64,000 nt of DNA, from positions 524,349 to 588,348 of the forward strand of contig JBIKVZ010000002.1 of the NCBI GenBank assembly GCA_044356525.1. The letters run 5' to 3'. Position 1 is the stretch's first letter; each line of letters opens with the position of its first letter. The translations under genes and the position numbers were made by a program. Source of the stretch: Rickettsiales bacterium. GTDB taxonomy: Bacteria; Pseudomonadota; Alphaproteobacteria; Rickettsiales; RGZB01. Shown piece by piece: positions 32,689-43,737 of the stretch. The notes under the pieces were generated by a model. That model made no database searches. It was given only the letters and a program-made list of their open reading frames with translations, and was not told the DNA's origin.

Positions 32689-33651
32689 ATGATTAAAAAG
32701 ATTTTTCTCCTGTTTACCTTTATGGTTTTACTGCCCTGCCTTGTGCAGGCAGCGCCGGTGAATTTTGACATTGTCGCATTGGTGAATGACGAAGTGATTA
32801 CCCGCCGCGAACTAAACAACCGCATGAAGATTGCCTTCCATGCTACCAAGTTGCCCGACAAAGCCGAAACCCGTGCTAAATTAACACCGCAGCTACTCCA
32901 GATTATGATTGATGAGCGCCTGCAACGGCAGGAGGCCAAAAAGCTTGAAATTAAAATGACAGATACAGAAGCCGCCCGCGCACGCTCTGAGCTTGAAAAA
33001 CAGAATAATGTGCCCACTGGAAAGCTCGACGATTACATCGCCAAGCAAGGCCTCGACAAGGACGCTATTTTAGCGCAGGTCGAATCGCAGATTCTGTGGA
33101 CTAAAGTTATCTACAAGAAAATCCGCCCGCAAATTAAGCTTTCCGACCAGGAAGTAAAAGACGCAGTGGAAAAAGCAAAAGTGCAAATCGCCAAAGGCGT
33201 TACTGAAATGGAACTGGCTGAAATTGTGCTGCCTGTCGCCAATAAAGATGAAGAGCAGAACGTGCAGCAACTCGCTGCAAAACTGTTTGAAGAATTAAGC
33301 AACGGCGCAGATTTCGCCTCGGTGGCAAAAGAATTTTCCACCAGCAGCACGTCTGACACCAAAGGCGTTATCGGCTGGCTGGCGCTGGAAGATTTAGAGC
33401 CTACGCTACGCCAAGCGCTTGATGGGCTTGAAGTCGGGAAGATCACCCTGCCCGTGCGTTCACCCCGTGGCTATTTGATTTTAAAAGTGCTGAACAAAAA
33501 AGAAAAAGCCAGCAGCACTGCAAGCCAGGCCGAAGCGAATCCGGATGAAGGCCGCATCCGCGACTTCCTGACCTTACGCAAAATGGAACTGGAAGCGCGC
33601 CGCTATATTGCTAGCCTGCGCGACAAAGCCTACATCGAAAAACGTCTATGA
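32689..33651 (+). CDS. surA: SurA-family periplasmic chaperone / peptidyl-prolyl isomerase
   Basis: Signal peptide, IVALVNDEVIT, MIDERLQRQEA, parvulin-like FASVAKEFS, LRDKAYIE. Confidence 0.88.
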   Translation: MIKKIFLLFTFMVLLPCLVQAAPVNFDIVALVNDEVITRRELNNRMKIAFHATKLPDKAETRAKLTPQLLQIMIDERLQRQEAKKLEIKMTDTEAARARSELEKQNNVPTGKLDDYIAKQGLDKDAILAQVESQILWTKVIYKKIRPQIKLSDQEVKDAVEKAKVQIAKGVTEMELAEIVLPVANKDEEQNVQQLAAKLFEELSNGADFASVAKEFSTSSTSDTKGVIGWLALEDLEPTLRQALDGLEVGKITLPVRSPRGYLILKVLNKKEKASSTASQAEANPDEGRIRDFLTLRKMELEARRYIASLRDKAYIEKRL

Positions 33652-34505
33652 GCCCTGCGGCGGCGAATCCTGCGGATGACCCCGTATTAGCCTTGCCGCC
33701 CCTACGCGAGGTAATCGACAAGCACGGCCTCTTCACTCGCAAAGCGCTCGGCCAGCATTTTCTGCTCGACCTGAATTTGACGCGCCGCATCGCCCGCGCC
33801 GCCGGAACCTTAAAAGGCTATTCCGTTATTGAGGTAGGCCCCGGCCCCGGTGGCCTGACCCGCGCACTGCTGATTGAAGGCGCAGACAATCTCACTGCCA
33901 TTGAAAAAGACCCGCGCTGCATGGAAGCGCTCGAACCGCTGGTGGAAGCCTCGCACGGGCGGTTTACGTTACTGGAAGCAGACGCCCTGAAAATGGACAT
34001 CACCACGCTTGCCAAAGGCAAGCCGATTAAAATCGTGGCGAACCTGCCGTATAATGTGGGCACACCCATGCTGATTAACTGGCTGGAACATGGCACCGCC
34101 ATTGAGCGCATGACGCTGATGTTCCAAAAAGAAGTGGTGGACCGCATTGCCGCCGTGCCGGACACGGGCGATTACGGCCGCCTTGCTGTGATGTGCCAGT
34201 GGCTGTGCGATGTGCGCAAGGAATTTGATGTGAGCGCACAGGCCTTCTTCCCACCGCCCAAAGTAACTTCTGCCGTGGTTTCTCTGAGCCCTAAAAAATC
34301 TGGCGTGGATTACGCACTGTTCCCCGCGATGGAGCATGTGTGTATGAAGCTATTCGGCCAGCGCCGAAAAATGCTGCGCAGTAGCTTAAAGCAGGTGACA
34401 AGCAATCCGGAAGCAGTGCTAGCTAAGTGCGGCATCGATGGCACGCTAAGGCCAGAGAACCTAACAGTGAATCAGTTCGTGGACATGGCGCGGCTATGCG
34501 CATGA
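33648..34505 (+). CDS. rsmA: 16S rRNA m6,2A1518/1519 dimethyltransferase
   Basis: KALGQHFLLD, EVGPGPGGLT, VANLPYNVGT, MFQKEV, FPPPKVTS, QRRKMLR. Confidence 0.97.
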   Translation: MSPAAANPADDPVLALPPLREVIDKHGLFTRKALGQHFLLDLNLTRRIARAAGTLKGYSVIEVGPGPGGLTRALLIEGADNLTAIEKDPRCMEALEPLVEASHGRFTLLEADALKMDITTLAKGKPIKIVANLPYNVGTPMLINWLEHGTAIERMTLMFQKEVVDRIAAVPDTGDYGRLAVMCQWLCDVRKEFDVSAQAFFPPPKVTSAVVSLSPKKSGVDYALFPAMEHVCMKLFGQRRKMLRSSLKQVTSNPEAVLAKCGIDGTLRPENLTVNQFVDMARLCA

Positions 34506-35743
34506 GCATCAATGCTGGCGGTGCTGCGCGCTAAAATCCAGCACAATAAGCCAGAGGCTATCCACCAGTATTGCCACACACCATACGACATATAACCGAT
34601 GACGATATAGCAACTGAGCGCCGCTGTGGCGGAAGATTTTTCTGCCGGAGAGAGGTGGCTGAAATTAATGGCGTAAGCCCCATAACCAAGCACCGCAACG
34701 AAAAGTGCCAAACCAACATAGCCAAGCTCAAGCCAGATTTGCAGCACCTGATTATGCGGGTGCACAGGCAACAATTTGCGATCATCTGTTTTTCCAGCTT
34801 CAGTAAATTGAATCAGCACATCGCCGCCTGGAATATTACGTGAGCTGTTAAAACCCCAGCCCGCAAATGGTTTTTCCTGCGCACGCTCAAGCGCGAAGCT
34901 CCAGATATATAAGCGGTGTTCCGCAGAAGCTGGCACCTTTGCCAGCTGTGCTGAGTATTTATCGGAATTCAGCTGCCCCATTAAATAAGGGGTGGCAAGC
35001 ACACACATCACAATGCCTGCACCGATCAAGAGCGTGAGGCGCCCACGGAAAATACGGTTGAATACAAACACTACCGTTGAAGCAGCAAAGGCCAACGTGG
35101 CAGAAAGGCTTTCAAGCTGCACGAGCAAAGAACCCGCACCAACCCACAGCAGCAAGTTCATCTGCACCGCTTTACGTATTGGCATACGGTGGCGGTGAAG
35201 CAGCACACGGTGCATCGCCATAGCAAAAGGCCAGTAGAGCAATACGGCAAATGTCAGCCCACGATTCATCACGTTTGGGTCATATTCTGCGCTCTTTCCG
35301 CCAATAAGATTTTTAAGCGCGGTGATAACCCAGCCTTGCGTCATCACCTCAAACACCACCATCAAAAGTGCAACCAGCATGCCAAAGCACAGGCGCTTAT
35401 CGATGGCGTATTTCTGCTCTTCGTTCATGCGGCTTACGCCTTTGAGCAAAGCAAAACCCAGTACAATAAGCAGCACCAGCCGCACCCATGTACCCAGCGC
35501 ATTTTCTAAGTCGGTTGCCCAGAAAGATGAAATCAACGCCCAGCTAAAGAACAGAGCAAACGCAATGATGAAGCCATTGGCAAACGGCGAGTTATTTTTT
35601 TGTGTGAGGCAAACTGGAATAATCGGCACCGCCATCAGCAAAAACACCGGCACCACACCAAGGCCTGAAACCATTGCCACCGGTGGCAACAATGTAACCA
35701 GTAGAAGCATCAGCCTGAACACCCACGAATGCATGGAGATCAT
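34472..35743 (-). CDS. O-antigen ligase (WaaL/Wzy_C) family membrane protein
   Basis: Multi-TM protein; SAEHRLYIW, PFAGWG, HPHNQVLQIWLELGYVG. Confidence 0.88.
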   Translation of the reverse strand: MISMHSWVFRLMLLLVTLLPPVAMVSGLGVVPVFLLMAVPIIPVCLTQKNNSPFANGFIIAFALFFSWALISSFWATDLENALGTWVRLVLLIVLGFALLKGVSRMNEEQKYAIDKRLCFGMLVALLMVVFEVMTQGWVITALKNLIGGKSAEYDPNVMNRGLTFAVLLYWPFAMAMHRVLLHRHRMPIRKAVQMNLLLWVGAGSLLVQLESLSATLAFAASTVVFVFNRIFRGRLTLLIGAGIVMCVLATPYLMGQLNSDKYSAQLAKVPASAEHRLYIWSFALERAQEKPFAGWGFNSSRNIPGGDVLIQFTEAGKTDDRKLLPVHPHNQVLQIWLELGYVGLALFVAVLGYGAYAINFSHLSPAEKSSATAALSCYIVIGYMSYGVWQYWWIASGLLCWILARSTASIDAHAHSRAMSTN

Positions 35744-35754
35744 GGCTGCTTCCC

Positions 35755-36399
35755 CTATCCTATTAGTGAGCGGACAAAATCCGCCATGCCTTGCTGGCGG
35801 TCGCGCTTACGACGTTCGGCACGCACAATGGCGCTGATGTCCTCTAAGCTGCGGGTGATGTCGTGATTGATAATGACATATTCATACAGGTTCCAGTGGC
35901 TGATTTCGCCCGCCGCTTTTTCCATGCGGTACTTCACCACATCTTCAGAATCCTGCGCGCGTTTTTGCAAACGGCTCGCTAGTTCTTTCATCGAAGGCGG
36001 AAGGATAAAAATCGTCACCACGTCCTTGGGTTGGCTTTTTTGCAGTTGCTGCGTGCCCTGCCAATCAATATCAAACAGCACGTCGCGGCCTTCCTCTAAC
36101 GCTTCCATCACCGGTTTGCGTGGTGTGCCATAGGAGTTGCCAAACACTTCGGCACGCTCGAGCAGCTCATTCTTTTTTGCCATGTCGGCATATTCATCTT
36201 TGGTCACAAAATAATAATCGACACCGTCTTGCTCATTCGGGCGCTTGGCGCGCGTGGTAACGGAAATAGACATCTGCAGATTATCGTCGCGCTCCAGCAG
36301 CAGACGCGAGAGTGTGGTTTTACCTGCGCCTGAGGGCGAGGAAAGCACCACCATAAAACCGCGGCGGTGAATTTTAGGAGCATTGTTTGAAGAAGCCAT
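35755..36399 (-). CDS. gmk: Guanylate kinase
   Basis: LSSPSGAGKTT, SVTTRAKRPNE, FDIDWQG, FILPPS. Confidence 0.97.
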   Translation of the reverse strand: MASSNNAPKIHRRGFMVVLSSPSGAGKTTLSRLLLERDDNLQMSISVTTRAKRPNEQDGVDYYFVTKDEYADMAKKNELLERAEVFGNSYGTPRKPVMEALEEGRDVLFDIDWQGTQQLQKSQPKDVVTIFILPPSMKELASRLQKRAQDSEDVVKYRMEKAAGEISHWNLYEYVIINHDITRSLEDISAIVRAERRKRDRQQGMADFVRSLIG

Positions 36400-36478
36400 G
36401 CCTGCCTTTATTGCTTTCTTAATCGGTAGAATGTTTTAGTATAGGCCTCTAAATTAGCAAAGTTTTTCATAAGGATAT

Positions 36479-37279
36479 ATGGGAAAATTCGAAAACCCCA
36501 CCTGCATCCTGATTACCGGCGCCAGTAGTGGACTGGGTGCCGCACTTGCCCTTGCTTACGCTGCGCCCGGCGTACGGCTTTTGCTCACCGCCAGAAACCT
36601 TGAGCGTTTGAAGAACGTGGCCGAAACCTGCCGGGCCAAAGGCGCCGAGGTGGAAACCGATGTGCTGGATGTAACCAATGCTGAAAGCATGGGCCGCTGG
36701 ATTTTAGAAGAAGATAAAGACCGCCCGATTGACTTGGTGATTGCCAACGCTGGCATTTCCGCCGGCACGGGTGGTAATGGCATGTTCGACGGCGAAACGG
36801 CCGAGCAGTCGCGCCGCATTTTTGAGGCAAATATGATGGGTGTGCTCAACACCATCCACCCCGTGCTGCCGCTGATGGCTGCGCGCGGGCATGGGCAAAT
36901 TGCCGTTATCAGTTCGCTGGCAGGCTTTCGCGGCATTCCCGGTGCACCATCTTACTCCGGTAGTAAAGCGGCGGTGAAAACCTATGGCGAGGCGCTGCGC
37001 GGTGCAATGAAAAAAAGCGGCGTCGGTGTAACGGTGATATGCCCCGGCTATATCAAAACCCCGATGACAGACGTGAATCATTTTTATATGCCGCAAATGA
37101 TAACCGCCGAAAAAGCCGCACATATTATGAAACTGCGCTTAAAGAAAAACCCTACACTGCTCGCTTTCCCGAATCCATTTGCTATGATGGTGCGGCTGAT
37201 TGGCGCGCTGCCCTGCTGGCTGACCGACCCGCTTTTTTCAAAACTGCCACAAAAAAACGCTAGCACACTTAAGGAGTGA
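36479..37279 (+). CDS. Short-chain dehydrogenase/reductase
   Basis: TGASSGLG, NAG, catalytic YSGSK, PGYIKTPMT. Confidence 0.93.
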   Translation: MGKFENPTCILITGASSGLGAALALAYAAPGVRLLLTARNLERLKNVAETCRAKGAEVETDVLDVTNAESMGRWILEEDKDRPIDLVIANAGISAGTGGNGMFDGETAEQSRRIFEANMMGVLNTIHPVLPLMAARGHGQIAVISSLAGFRGIPGAPSYSGSKAAVKTYGEALRGAMKKSGVGVTVICPGYIKTPMTDVNHFYMPQMITAEKAAHIMKLRLKKNPTLLAFPNPFAMMVRLIGALPCWLTDPLFSKLPQKNASTLKE

Positions 37280-37282
37280 TGT

Positions 37283-37579
37283 ATGGAATCTCTGCCGCTG
37301 ACGCCGACGAATATTGCGATTTACCTCGCCATCGTCAATGTGCTGACCTTCTTACTATATTGGAAAGATAAAAGCGCGGCGCGGAATGGTGGCTGGCGCG
37401 TGCCTGAAGCAAGTTTGCTGCTGTTCGCGCTGCTCGGCGGCTCACCCGCTGCATGGTTTGCGCAAAAGAAGCTGCGCCACAAAACCAAAAAAGGCAGCTT
37501 CCGCTCCCAGTTCTGGTTGGTGGTGATGATTCAGGTGGGTTTGTTGGTGGCGTATCTGACCGGTAACTTACCGATTTAA
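37283..37579 (+). CDS. DUF1294 family membrane protein
   Basis: [17 protein letters not shown]...GG...RHKTKK signature. Confidence 0.9.
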   Translation: MESLPLTPTNIAIYLAIVNVLTFLLYWKDKSAARNGGWRVPEASLLLFALLGGSPAAWFAQKKLRHKTKKGSFRSQFWLVVMIQVGLLVAYLTGNLPI

Positions 37580-38187
37580 GAAGCGAACAGCCACGGCGTT
37601 TGCTTACGGTGTGCGCCTTCGTAGCTGTTAATCTTCGCCTTGTGCTCAAGCGTGAGGCCGATATCATCCAGCCCGTTCAGCAGGCAGTGTTTGCGGAATG
37701 CGTCAACGTCAAAATTATATGTCTTGTGGTTGCCGGCAACAATCTGCTGCTTTTCTAAATCTACCGTCAGTGTGTGCTTACCGCTTTGCGCGTGCGCAAT
37801 CAGTTCCTGCACCTGCGCTTTTGGCAGCACAATCGGCAGGATGCCGTTTTTAAAGCAGTTATTGAAGAAGATGTCGGCAAAGCTTGGTGCAATCACGCAG
37901 CAAATGCCAAAATCTACCAGCGCCCACGGCGCATGCTCGCGGCTGGAGCCGCAGCCAAAATTGTCGTCGGCAACCAGAATCTGCGCATTGCGGTAATCCG
38001 CTTTATTTAGCACGAAATCCGCAATCTCTTTGCCTTCCGGCGTAAAACGCATTTCATCAAACAGGTGTTTGCCAAGCCCTGTGCGCTTGATGGTTTTCAA
38101 GAACTGTTTCGGGATAATCATATCCGTATCGATGTTGATCAGCGGAAGCGCCGCCACCACACCTTTAAGCACTGTGAATTTTTTCAT
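37576..38187 (-). CDS. leuD: 3-isopropylmalate dehydratase small subunit
   Basis: [40 protein letters not shown]. Confidence 0.98.
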   Translation of the reverse strand: MKKFTVLKGVVAALPLINIDTDMIIPKQFLKTIKRTGLGKHLFDEMRFTPEGKEIADFVLNKADYRNAQILVADDNFGCGSSREHAPWALVDFGICCVIAPSFADIFFNNCFKNGILPIVLPKAQVQELIAHAQSGKHTLTVDLEKQQIVAGNHKTYNFDVDAFRKHCLLNGLDDIGLTLEHKAKINSYEGAHRKQTPWLFAS

Positions 38188-38198
38188 TGGTTACTCCG

Positions 38199-38804
38199 TT
38201 ATTTGCATTCAAAAATTTTTTCAATATCCGGGCTTGAAAGCACCGCCACGTTGCGGCGGATTTTTGCTTCGTCCCAGTTCCACCATTTCAGCGCCAAGAG
38301 GCGCTCAATCGTTTTTTCGTCAAACCGCTTTTTTACCGAGCGGGCGGGGTTTCCCACCGCGATACCGTAAGGTGGCACATCTTTCGCCACCACGGCAAAA
38401 GCACCTACCACAGCACCATCACCAATCGTGACGCCGGAAAGAATTTTCGCCCCAGTGCCAATCCACACATCATTCCCGATGATGATGTCGCCTTTGGAAA
38501 TAGGCGTTTTGCCTTTTGCGTTCGGCCAATCCGTTGGCAGCGCCGCAAACGGATAGGTTGTCACAAAATCAGGGCGGTGGTTGCCGCCCACAAACATTTC
38601 CACTTCAGGCGCGATAGAGCAAAATTTGCCAATCACCACTTTCTTCCCATCGTGCAGCCAACGTATGGTTGGTTTGCCATAAGTGTAGTCACCCACCTGA
38701 ATATCAGGGCGGGTAAAGTGCCGTTTGGTAAAATGAAAATTCGGCACATCCTTGGAGTCAGATGCCATCACCTGACCCGCATTATTGGCAACTGGTGTCT
38801 TCAT
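38199..38804 (-). CDS. CatB/Vat-family hexapeptide-repeat O-acetyltransferase
   Basis: VGDYTYG, IGKFCSIA, GGNH, TTYPF, KGDIIIGNDVWIG, VGNPAR, LKWWNWD. Confidence 0.9.
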   Translation of the reverse strand: MKTPVANNAGQVMASDSKDVPNFHFTKRHFTRPDIQVGDYTYGKPTIRWLHDGKKVVIGKFCSIAPEVEMFVGGNHRPDFVTTYPFAALPTDWPNAKGKTPISKGDIIIGNDVWIGTGAKILSGVTIGDGAVVGAFAVVAKDVPPYGIAVGNPARSVKKRFDEKTIERLLALKWWNWDEAKIRRNVAVLSSPDIEKIFECK

Positions 38805-38832
38805 AAAACCCTGGTGCAAACCTTATCTTGCC

Positions 38833-39537
38833 TTACTGCGCCGCAGCTGGTTCAGCCACTGGCTGCGCGGCAGGCTGTTCTGGCACAGGTGCCGGAACTT
38901 GTTCGGCTGCGGGTGCAACGGGTGCCTGCTCTACCGGAGCCACGGGTGCCACTGCACCTTGTGGTGGAACAGCAGCGGCATCAGGCATTGCCTGCGGTGC
39001 AGCCGAAGCGGTGGCAGGTGTTTCAACCGGAGCAACGGCGGCAGGTGCCTCAACCGGAGCAACTGCAGCAGGTTGTGCTGCTGGTGCAGCAGGTGCATCT
39101 GAAGGAACGAGCGGCATTGGTTCTGCAGGCGCTGCAAGCGGCACCTGAGGAACAGCAGGTTTACCTTCCTCATCTTTTACGACGGGTGCTTCACCCGGAA
39201 TCTGTACACCAGAAACAGGTGTTGTATCTTTTTTCTGGCACATGTCAGAAGCAGGGTTCACCGTGCAGATAACGAGCGCCCACAAAATGGGGCTGGTGGC
39301 AATGCCAACGCCGGAAAGTGCCGTGCCGATTACACCGGTGATAAATTGTTTTTTAATGAGCGAAAAAACACCCAGCACTAAACCAAGAACGGAAATCACC
39401 CCCAAGAGAGGAACCATGCTCAGCCCGCCAAACACAATACTGAGAATACCAAGAACTGGTGTCGAACGGCTCATCTGGTCAATAGTAACGTTTTGTGGAG
39501 GGAGGTTTGTGTTATCTGGCGGCAGTGGCTGATTCAT
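38833..39537 (-). CDS. Hypothetical membrane protein with Pro/Ala-rich C-terminal tail (DUF4190-like N-terminus)
   Basis: 2-3 TM helices, a C-x7-C pair, then ~130 aa of low-complexity A/P/V/E sequence with AAVAPVE repeats; co-oriented between leuC and leuD. Confidence 0.7.
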   Translation of the reverse strand: MNQPLPPDNTNLPPQNVTIDQMSRSTPVLGILSIVFGGLSMVPLLGVISVLGLVLGVFSLIKKQFITGVIGTALSGVGIATSPILWALVICTVNPASDMCQKKDTTPVSGVQIPGEAPVVKDEEGKPAVPQVPLAAPAEPMPLVPSDAPAAPAAQPAAVAPVEAPAAVAPVETPATASAAPQAMPDAAAVPPQGAVAPVAPVEQAPVAPAAEQVPAPVPEQPAAQPVAEPAAAQ

Positions 39538-39617
39538 GGTCGTGACCTTACCTAGTGCGTTGAGCTGCCACTAAATTATACGAGTTATTTGCATCCTACA
39601 AGCACAAGAAATATGGC

Positions 39618-41051
39618 TTAGGATGCCTTGGCGTGCGACGGGGCTACTTCACGGATATCCGCCAGATGGCCGGTGATTGCCGCAGCGGCAGCCATAACAG
39701 GGCTCATCAGGTGGGTGCGGCCACCACGGCCTTGGCGGCCTTCAAAGTTGCGGTTTGAGGTGGAGGCGCAACGTTCGCCTGGCTCAAGCCTGTCCGCATT
39801 CATGGCAAGGCACATCGAGCAACCTGGCTCGCGCCATTCAAAGCCTGCGGCCACAAAAATCTTATCGAGGCCTTCTTTTTCTGCCTGTTCTTTTACAAGA
39901 CCAGAGCCCGGAACAATCATCGCCAGCTTCACGCTCGCAGCCACTTTTTTACCTTTTACCACCTTGGCGACTTCGCGGAAATCTTCAATGCGGCCATTGG
40001 TGCAAGAGCCGATAAACACTTTATCAATGGCGATTTCTTTCAGCGGTGTACCTGCTTTAAGGCCCATATATTCGAGGGCACGTTCCATCGCAGTGCGCTT
40101 GGAAGCATCTTTTTCATCGGCCGGATTCGGTACTTTTCCCGTAATCGGCAGCACGTCTTGCGGGCTAGTGCCCCATGTGACTTGCGGTGCAATGTCTTTG
40201 GTATGGAGCGTCACTTCTACGTCGTACTTCGCGCCTGCATCAGACGGGAATGTTTTCCAGTAGGCTACGGCAGCGTCAAAATCTGCACCCTGCGGGGCAA
40301 GTGGACGGCCTTTAATATAAGCAAAGGTTTTTTCATCTGGCGCGATAAGACCTGCGCGTGCACCCGCCTCGATGGACATGTTGCACACCGTCATGCGGCC
40401 TTCCACAGAAAGGTCGCGAATGGCTTTGCCGGCATATTCAATCACGAAGCCCGTGCCGCCTGCCGTGCCGATTTTACCGATGATGGCGAGCACTAAATCT
40501 TTCGCCGTTACGCCTAAAGGCAAATCACCTTCCACATTGATGCGCATGTTTTTTGCGCGCTTTTGAATGAGGGTTTGCGTGGCAAGTACGTGTTCCACTT
40601 CGCTGGTGCCAATACCAAACGCCAGCGCACCAAATGCACCATGCGTGGAAGTGTGGCTGTCGCCACAGACAATCGTCATGCCTGGCTGAGTAAAGCCCTG
40701 CTCAGGCCCTACGATGTGCACGATGCCTTGGCGTTTATCGTCCATTTTATAATAGGTGACACCGAACTCTTTGCAGTTGTCTTCGAGGGTTTGCACCTGA
40801 ATGCGTGAAGTTTCGTCTTTAATGCCTTTCGCGCGATCTGGCGTGGTGGGCACGTTGTGGTCCGCCACGGCAAGTGTCGCATCCGGGCGATGCACTTTGC
40901 GACCCGCCATACGCAGTCCTTCAAATGCTTGCGGGCTGGTGACTTCGTGGATTAACTGGCGGTCGATATACAGCAGGCAGGTGCCGTCCTCACGCTCATG
41001 CACGAGGTGGCTTTCCCAGATTTTATCGTAAAGCGTTTTGGGTGTGCCCAT
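39618..41051 (-). CDS. leuC: 3-isopropylmalate dehydratase large subunit
   Basis: [57 protein letters not shown]. Confidence 0.98.
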   Translation of the reverse strand: MGTPKTLYDKIWESHLVHEREDGTCLLYIDRQLIHEVTSPQAFEGLRMAGRKVHRPDATLAVADHNVPTTPDRAKGIKDETSRIQVQTLEDNCKEFGVTYYKMDDKRQGIVHIVGPEQGFTQPGMTIVCGDSHTSTHGAFGALAFGIGTSEVEHVLATQTLIQKRAKNMRINVEGDLPLGVTAKDLVLAIIGKIGTAGGTGFVIEYAGKAIRDLSVEGRMTVCNMSIEAGARAGLIAPDEKTFAYIKGRPLAPQGADFDAAVAYWKTFPSDAGAKYDVEVTLHTKDIAPQVTWGTSPQDVLPITGKVPNPADEKDASKRTAMERALEYMGLKAGTPLKEIAIDKVFIGSCTNGRIEDFREVAKVVKGKKVAASVKLAMIVPGSGLVKEQAEKEGLDKIFVAAGFEWREPGCSMCLAMNADRLEPGERCASTSNRNFEGRQGRGGRTHLMSPVMAAAAAITGHLADIREVAPSHAKAS

Positions 41052-41065
41052 TGCCTTGGTAAGCC

Positions 41066-41512
41066 TTAAGCCTTAGCGGCTTTCTTTGCAGCGGCTGGCT
41101 TTGCTTCTTTTTTAGCAGAAGCAGTAGCGTTGCCAGACGTTGCAACGGTTTCAACTTCTTTCTTTTCTTTAATACGGGCAGCTTTGCCGAACAGTTCGCG
41201 CATGTAGTAAAGCTTCGCACGACGTACATCGCCCTTACGCACCACTTTAATGCTGTCGATACGTGGGGAGTAGAGCGGGAATACACGTTCCACACCTTCA
41301 CCATGGCTGATTTTGCGCACGGTGAAAGAAGAGTTCAGGCCGCGGTTACGGCGAGCAATGCAGATGCCTTCAAAGGCCTGCACGCGTTCAGCCGTGCCTT
41401 CCACGATTTTCACGTTCACACAAACCGTGTCACCAGGAGAGAATGCAGGGATTTCCTTGCCTTCTACGAGTTTCTTTACCTGGCGCTGTTCAAATTTCTG
41501 TAATACGTTCAT
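41066..41512 (-). CDS. rplS: 50S ribosomal protein L19
   Basis: [41 protein letters not shown]. Start set at ATG 41512. Confidence 0.97.
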   Translation of the reverse strand: MNVLQKFEQRQVKKLVEGKEIPAFSPGDTVCVNVKIVEGTAERVQAFEGICIARRNRGLNSSFTVRKISHGEGVERVFPLYSPRIDSIKVVRKGDVRRAKLYYMRELFGKAARIKEKKEVETVATSGNATASAKKEAKPAAAKKAAKA

Positions 41513-41525
41513 GGCTTGCCTCTGT

Positions 41526-42305
41526 TCACTTACTTTTGTTAATTTTCTGCCCCTTTTTAGGGAGCAATTTCTTACTGCGGCTATGTTTAAGCCACAAATC
41601 CTTGCGCCGCTGGCGGGTAATCTCTTCTGCCTCGCGTTGGCGCCAGTCCTGAATATCCTTGTGATGACCCGAAAGAAGTATCTTCGGAACTTCAAGTCCG
41701 CGCCAAACAGCCGGTCTTGTATAATGAGAATATTCTAAAAGTCCAGTATAAAAACCCTCGCCGAAACTTTCTTCCGCGATGGCATCTGCATTACCTAATA
41801 CACCAGAATGCAGGCGAACACAAGTATCAATCACTGCCATCGCCGGAATTTCGCCGCCGGAAAGCACGAAATCTCCAAGGCTAAGCTCTTGAATTTCATA
41901 AAAATCTAGAATCCGCTGATCTACACCCTCATACCGCCCGCACAAAAAAACCACATGGTCGAGCGCCGCCACTTTTTCGGCCACACGCTGGTTAAACACC
42001 GTACCGCGAGGCGAGAGATAAAAAATGGTCGTTTTGCGCTTAGGGTTCTTTTTGAGCATGCTTTCGATAGCGGCGGAAAGCACATCGGGCTTCATCACCA
42101 TGCCAGAACCACCACCAAACGGACGATCATCCACCGTGGAATGCTTGTCGGTCGCGAAGGTGCGGATATCCACCGCTTCCAGCTCCCACAGGCCTTTTTC
42201 AAGCGCGTTACCGAGCACAGAGTCCGACAGAGGCCCCGGAAACATTTCAGGAAACAACGTTAGCACCGTAACTTTAAAGGGATTTTTTGCCGCTTTTTTA
42301 GCCAT
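41526..42305 (-). CDS. trmD: tRNA (guanine37-N1)-methyltransferase
   Basis: [46 protein letters not shown]. Confidence 0.97.
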   Translation of the reverse strand: MAKKAAKNPFKVTVLTLFPEMFPGPLSDSVLGNALEKGLWELEAVDIRTFATDKHSTVDDRPFGGGSGMVMKPDVLSAAIESMLKKNPKRKTTIFYLSPRGTVFNQRVAEKVAALDHVVFLCGRYEGVDQRILDFYEIQELSLGDFVLSGGEIPAMAVIDTCVRLHSGVLGNADAIAEESFGEGFYTGLLEYSHYTRPAVWRGLEVPKILLSGHHKDIQDWRQREAEEITRQRRKDLWLKHSRSKKLLPKKGQKINKSK

Positions 42306-42309
42306 AGCC

Positions 42310-42861
42310 CTACTCTTTAGCCACGAGAAATGTAGGCGGGTTAAACAAAGCGTAACCCTCAGCAACATTCACCTCGGGGAAGGTTTTGCGGTCAAAAATA
42401 TACATTTCTTTTTCATGATTGGCAGAAAACTCAATTTCCAGAATATCGCCTGCCCCAAAATTATGTACGGCCACCACCTGCCCCACCACTTCGCCAGTGT
42501 CGTACTGCTTTATGGAAAGAGAAAGCAAATCCGCATGGTAATAAACATGTTCTTTGGTGGCAGGAAGGCTTTTGCGATCCACAAACAATTCCAGGCCCGC
42601 GAGGGCTTCTGCTTCGTTGCGGTCCTTCACGCCACCGATTTCAGCAATCACCATACCGTCTTTGGCGGGGATGCTGGTCACACGCAAAGGAACAGCTACT
42701 CCTTCGGCATCCTGCACTTCGCCGTATTTGCCAATATCGGAAGAATCTTCAGTGAAACTGCGGATTTTAACGCGCCCATGTACACCATGCGCACCAGTGA
42801 CAACGCCGATTTTAATGCGCTGGGCAGATTTTTTTGATGATGGATGCTTTTCCTGTGCCAT
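42310..42861 (-). CDS. rimM: Ribosome maturation factor RimM
   Basis: GAHGVHGRVKIRSFT, DRNEAEAL, YYHADL, NFGAGDILEI. Confidence 0.95.
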   Translation of the reverse strand: MAQEKHPSSKKSAQRIKIGVVTGAHGVHGRVKIRSFTEDSSDIGKYGEVQDAEGVAVPLRVTSIPAKDGMVIAEIGGVKDRNEAEALAGLELFVDRKSLPATKEHVYYHADLLSLSIKQYDTGEVVGQVVAVHNFGAGDILEIEFSANHEKEMYIFDRKTFPEVNVAEGYALFNPPTFLVAKE

Positions 42862-42911
42862 GCCGGGCACTCCCCGTGATTAAACGACGTGAAACCGGCA
42901 GCAGGATTAAG

Positions 42912-43370
42912 TTAAGCAGCGGGTGCTTCAGCAGCAGGTGCGGCAGTGGCAGCGGCGTCAGCATCGGCTTTTGCTTTTGCAGCAGCGGCTTCAGCAGCTT
43001 CTGCTTCTGCTTTTGCGGCAGCAGCGGCATCGGCTTTCGCCTTAGCTTCAATCTGCTTTTTCTTGATAGAAATGATTTCAGCGCGACGCTCATTCAGCTT
43101 CTTCACCTGAGATGTGCCCTGACCAATACCCTGCTGATTAAAGAACACCAGTACGCGCTCAGACGGAATCGCACCGCTGGACAGCCAGTATTCCGCACGG
43201 TCCTTCCGGATCGTGAGGCGGCTTGCATCCGTTTTCGGCAGCAGTGGGTTGTACGCGCCAATCTTCTCGATGAAGCGACCATCGCGCGATTTAGCCTGTT
43301 CGGCCACTACGATACGATAGTAAGGGCGTTTCTTAGCACCACCACGGGTCAAACGAATCTTCACTGCCAT
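42912..43370 (-). CDS. rpsP: 30S ribosomal protein S16
   Basis: [34 protein letters not shown]; Ala-rich C-terminal extension. Confidence 0.97.
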   Translation of the reverse strand: MAVKIRLTRGGAKKRPYYRIVVAEQAKSRDGRFIEKIGAYNPLLPKTDASRLTIRKDRAEYWLSSGAIPSERVLVFFNQQGIGQGTSQVKKLNERRAEIISIKKKQIEAKAKADAAAAAKAEAEAAEAAAAKAKADADAAATAAPAAEAPAA

Positions 43371-43509
43371 GCGAATTCCTTAAATATTTTGTCGGCAACA
43401 TTGCCGAAATTTTGCTTAGGGCGTATGCGTATAGTGTAAAAGCAGTTTGTTGTAAAGTGCTTTGTTGCCCACTTTAAACCGAGAGCACTGCGCCTAATGG
43501 TAGGTTTCT

Positions 43510-43728
43510 TTAATGAAACAGGCCCGCCAACAACTCTATCAGCTTGAAAAATATACGAAAAGCAAGATAGAAGGCCAAAATGGAAAATATCACCACCAAC
43601 AGCATTTTCCACCAAACGAGGGAGAGCAACCACTCTGTTGGCGCAGCAAAAGAATCAATAAGCCCCTGCATTGCACCTATGAAAACAAACGGTGTATACA
43701 TCAACAACATCAGACTCTTCATCTTCAA
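43510..43728 (-). CDS. Small hypothetical membrane protein (72 aa)
   Basis: Two hydrophobic helices; SD-like AAGGA just upstream of the TTG start; co-oriented between glmU and rpsP. Confidence 0.5.
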   Translation of the reverse strand: MKMKSLMLLMYTPFVFIGAMQGLIDSFAAPTEWLLSLVWWKMLLVVIFSILAFYLAFRIFFKLIELLAGLFH

Positions 43729-43737
43729 TCCTTACTT

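Noticed and set aside
38577-39272. Plus-strand ORFs rich in Gln/Leu or Gly/Ala/Cys
   Set aside because: Antisense shadows of the Pro/Ala low-complexity tail of the minus-strand gene.
41513-41695. Long N-terminal extensions in the ORF track (rplS; likewise hdaA, trmD, yajQ, sixA, glmU)
   Set aside because: Longest-ORF artefacts that overlap upstream genes, terminators or promoter regions; the family-typical N-termini begin at downstream ATGs.
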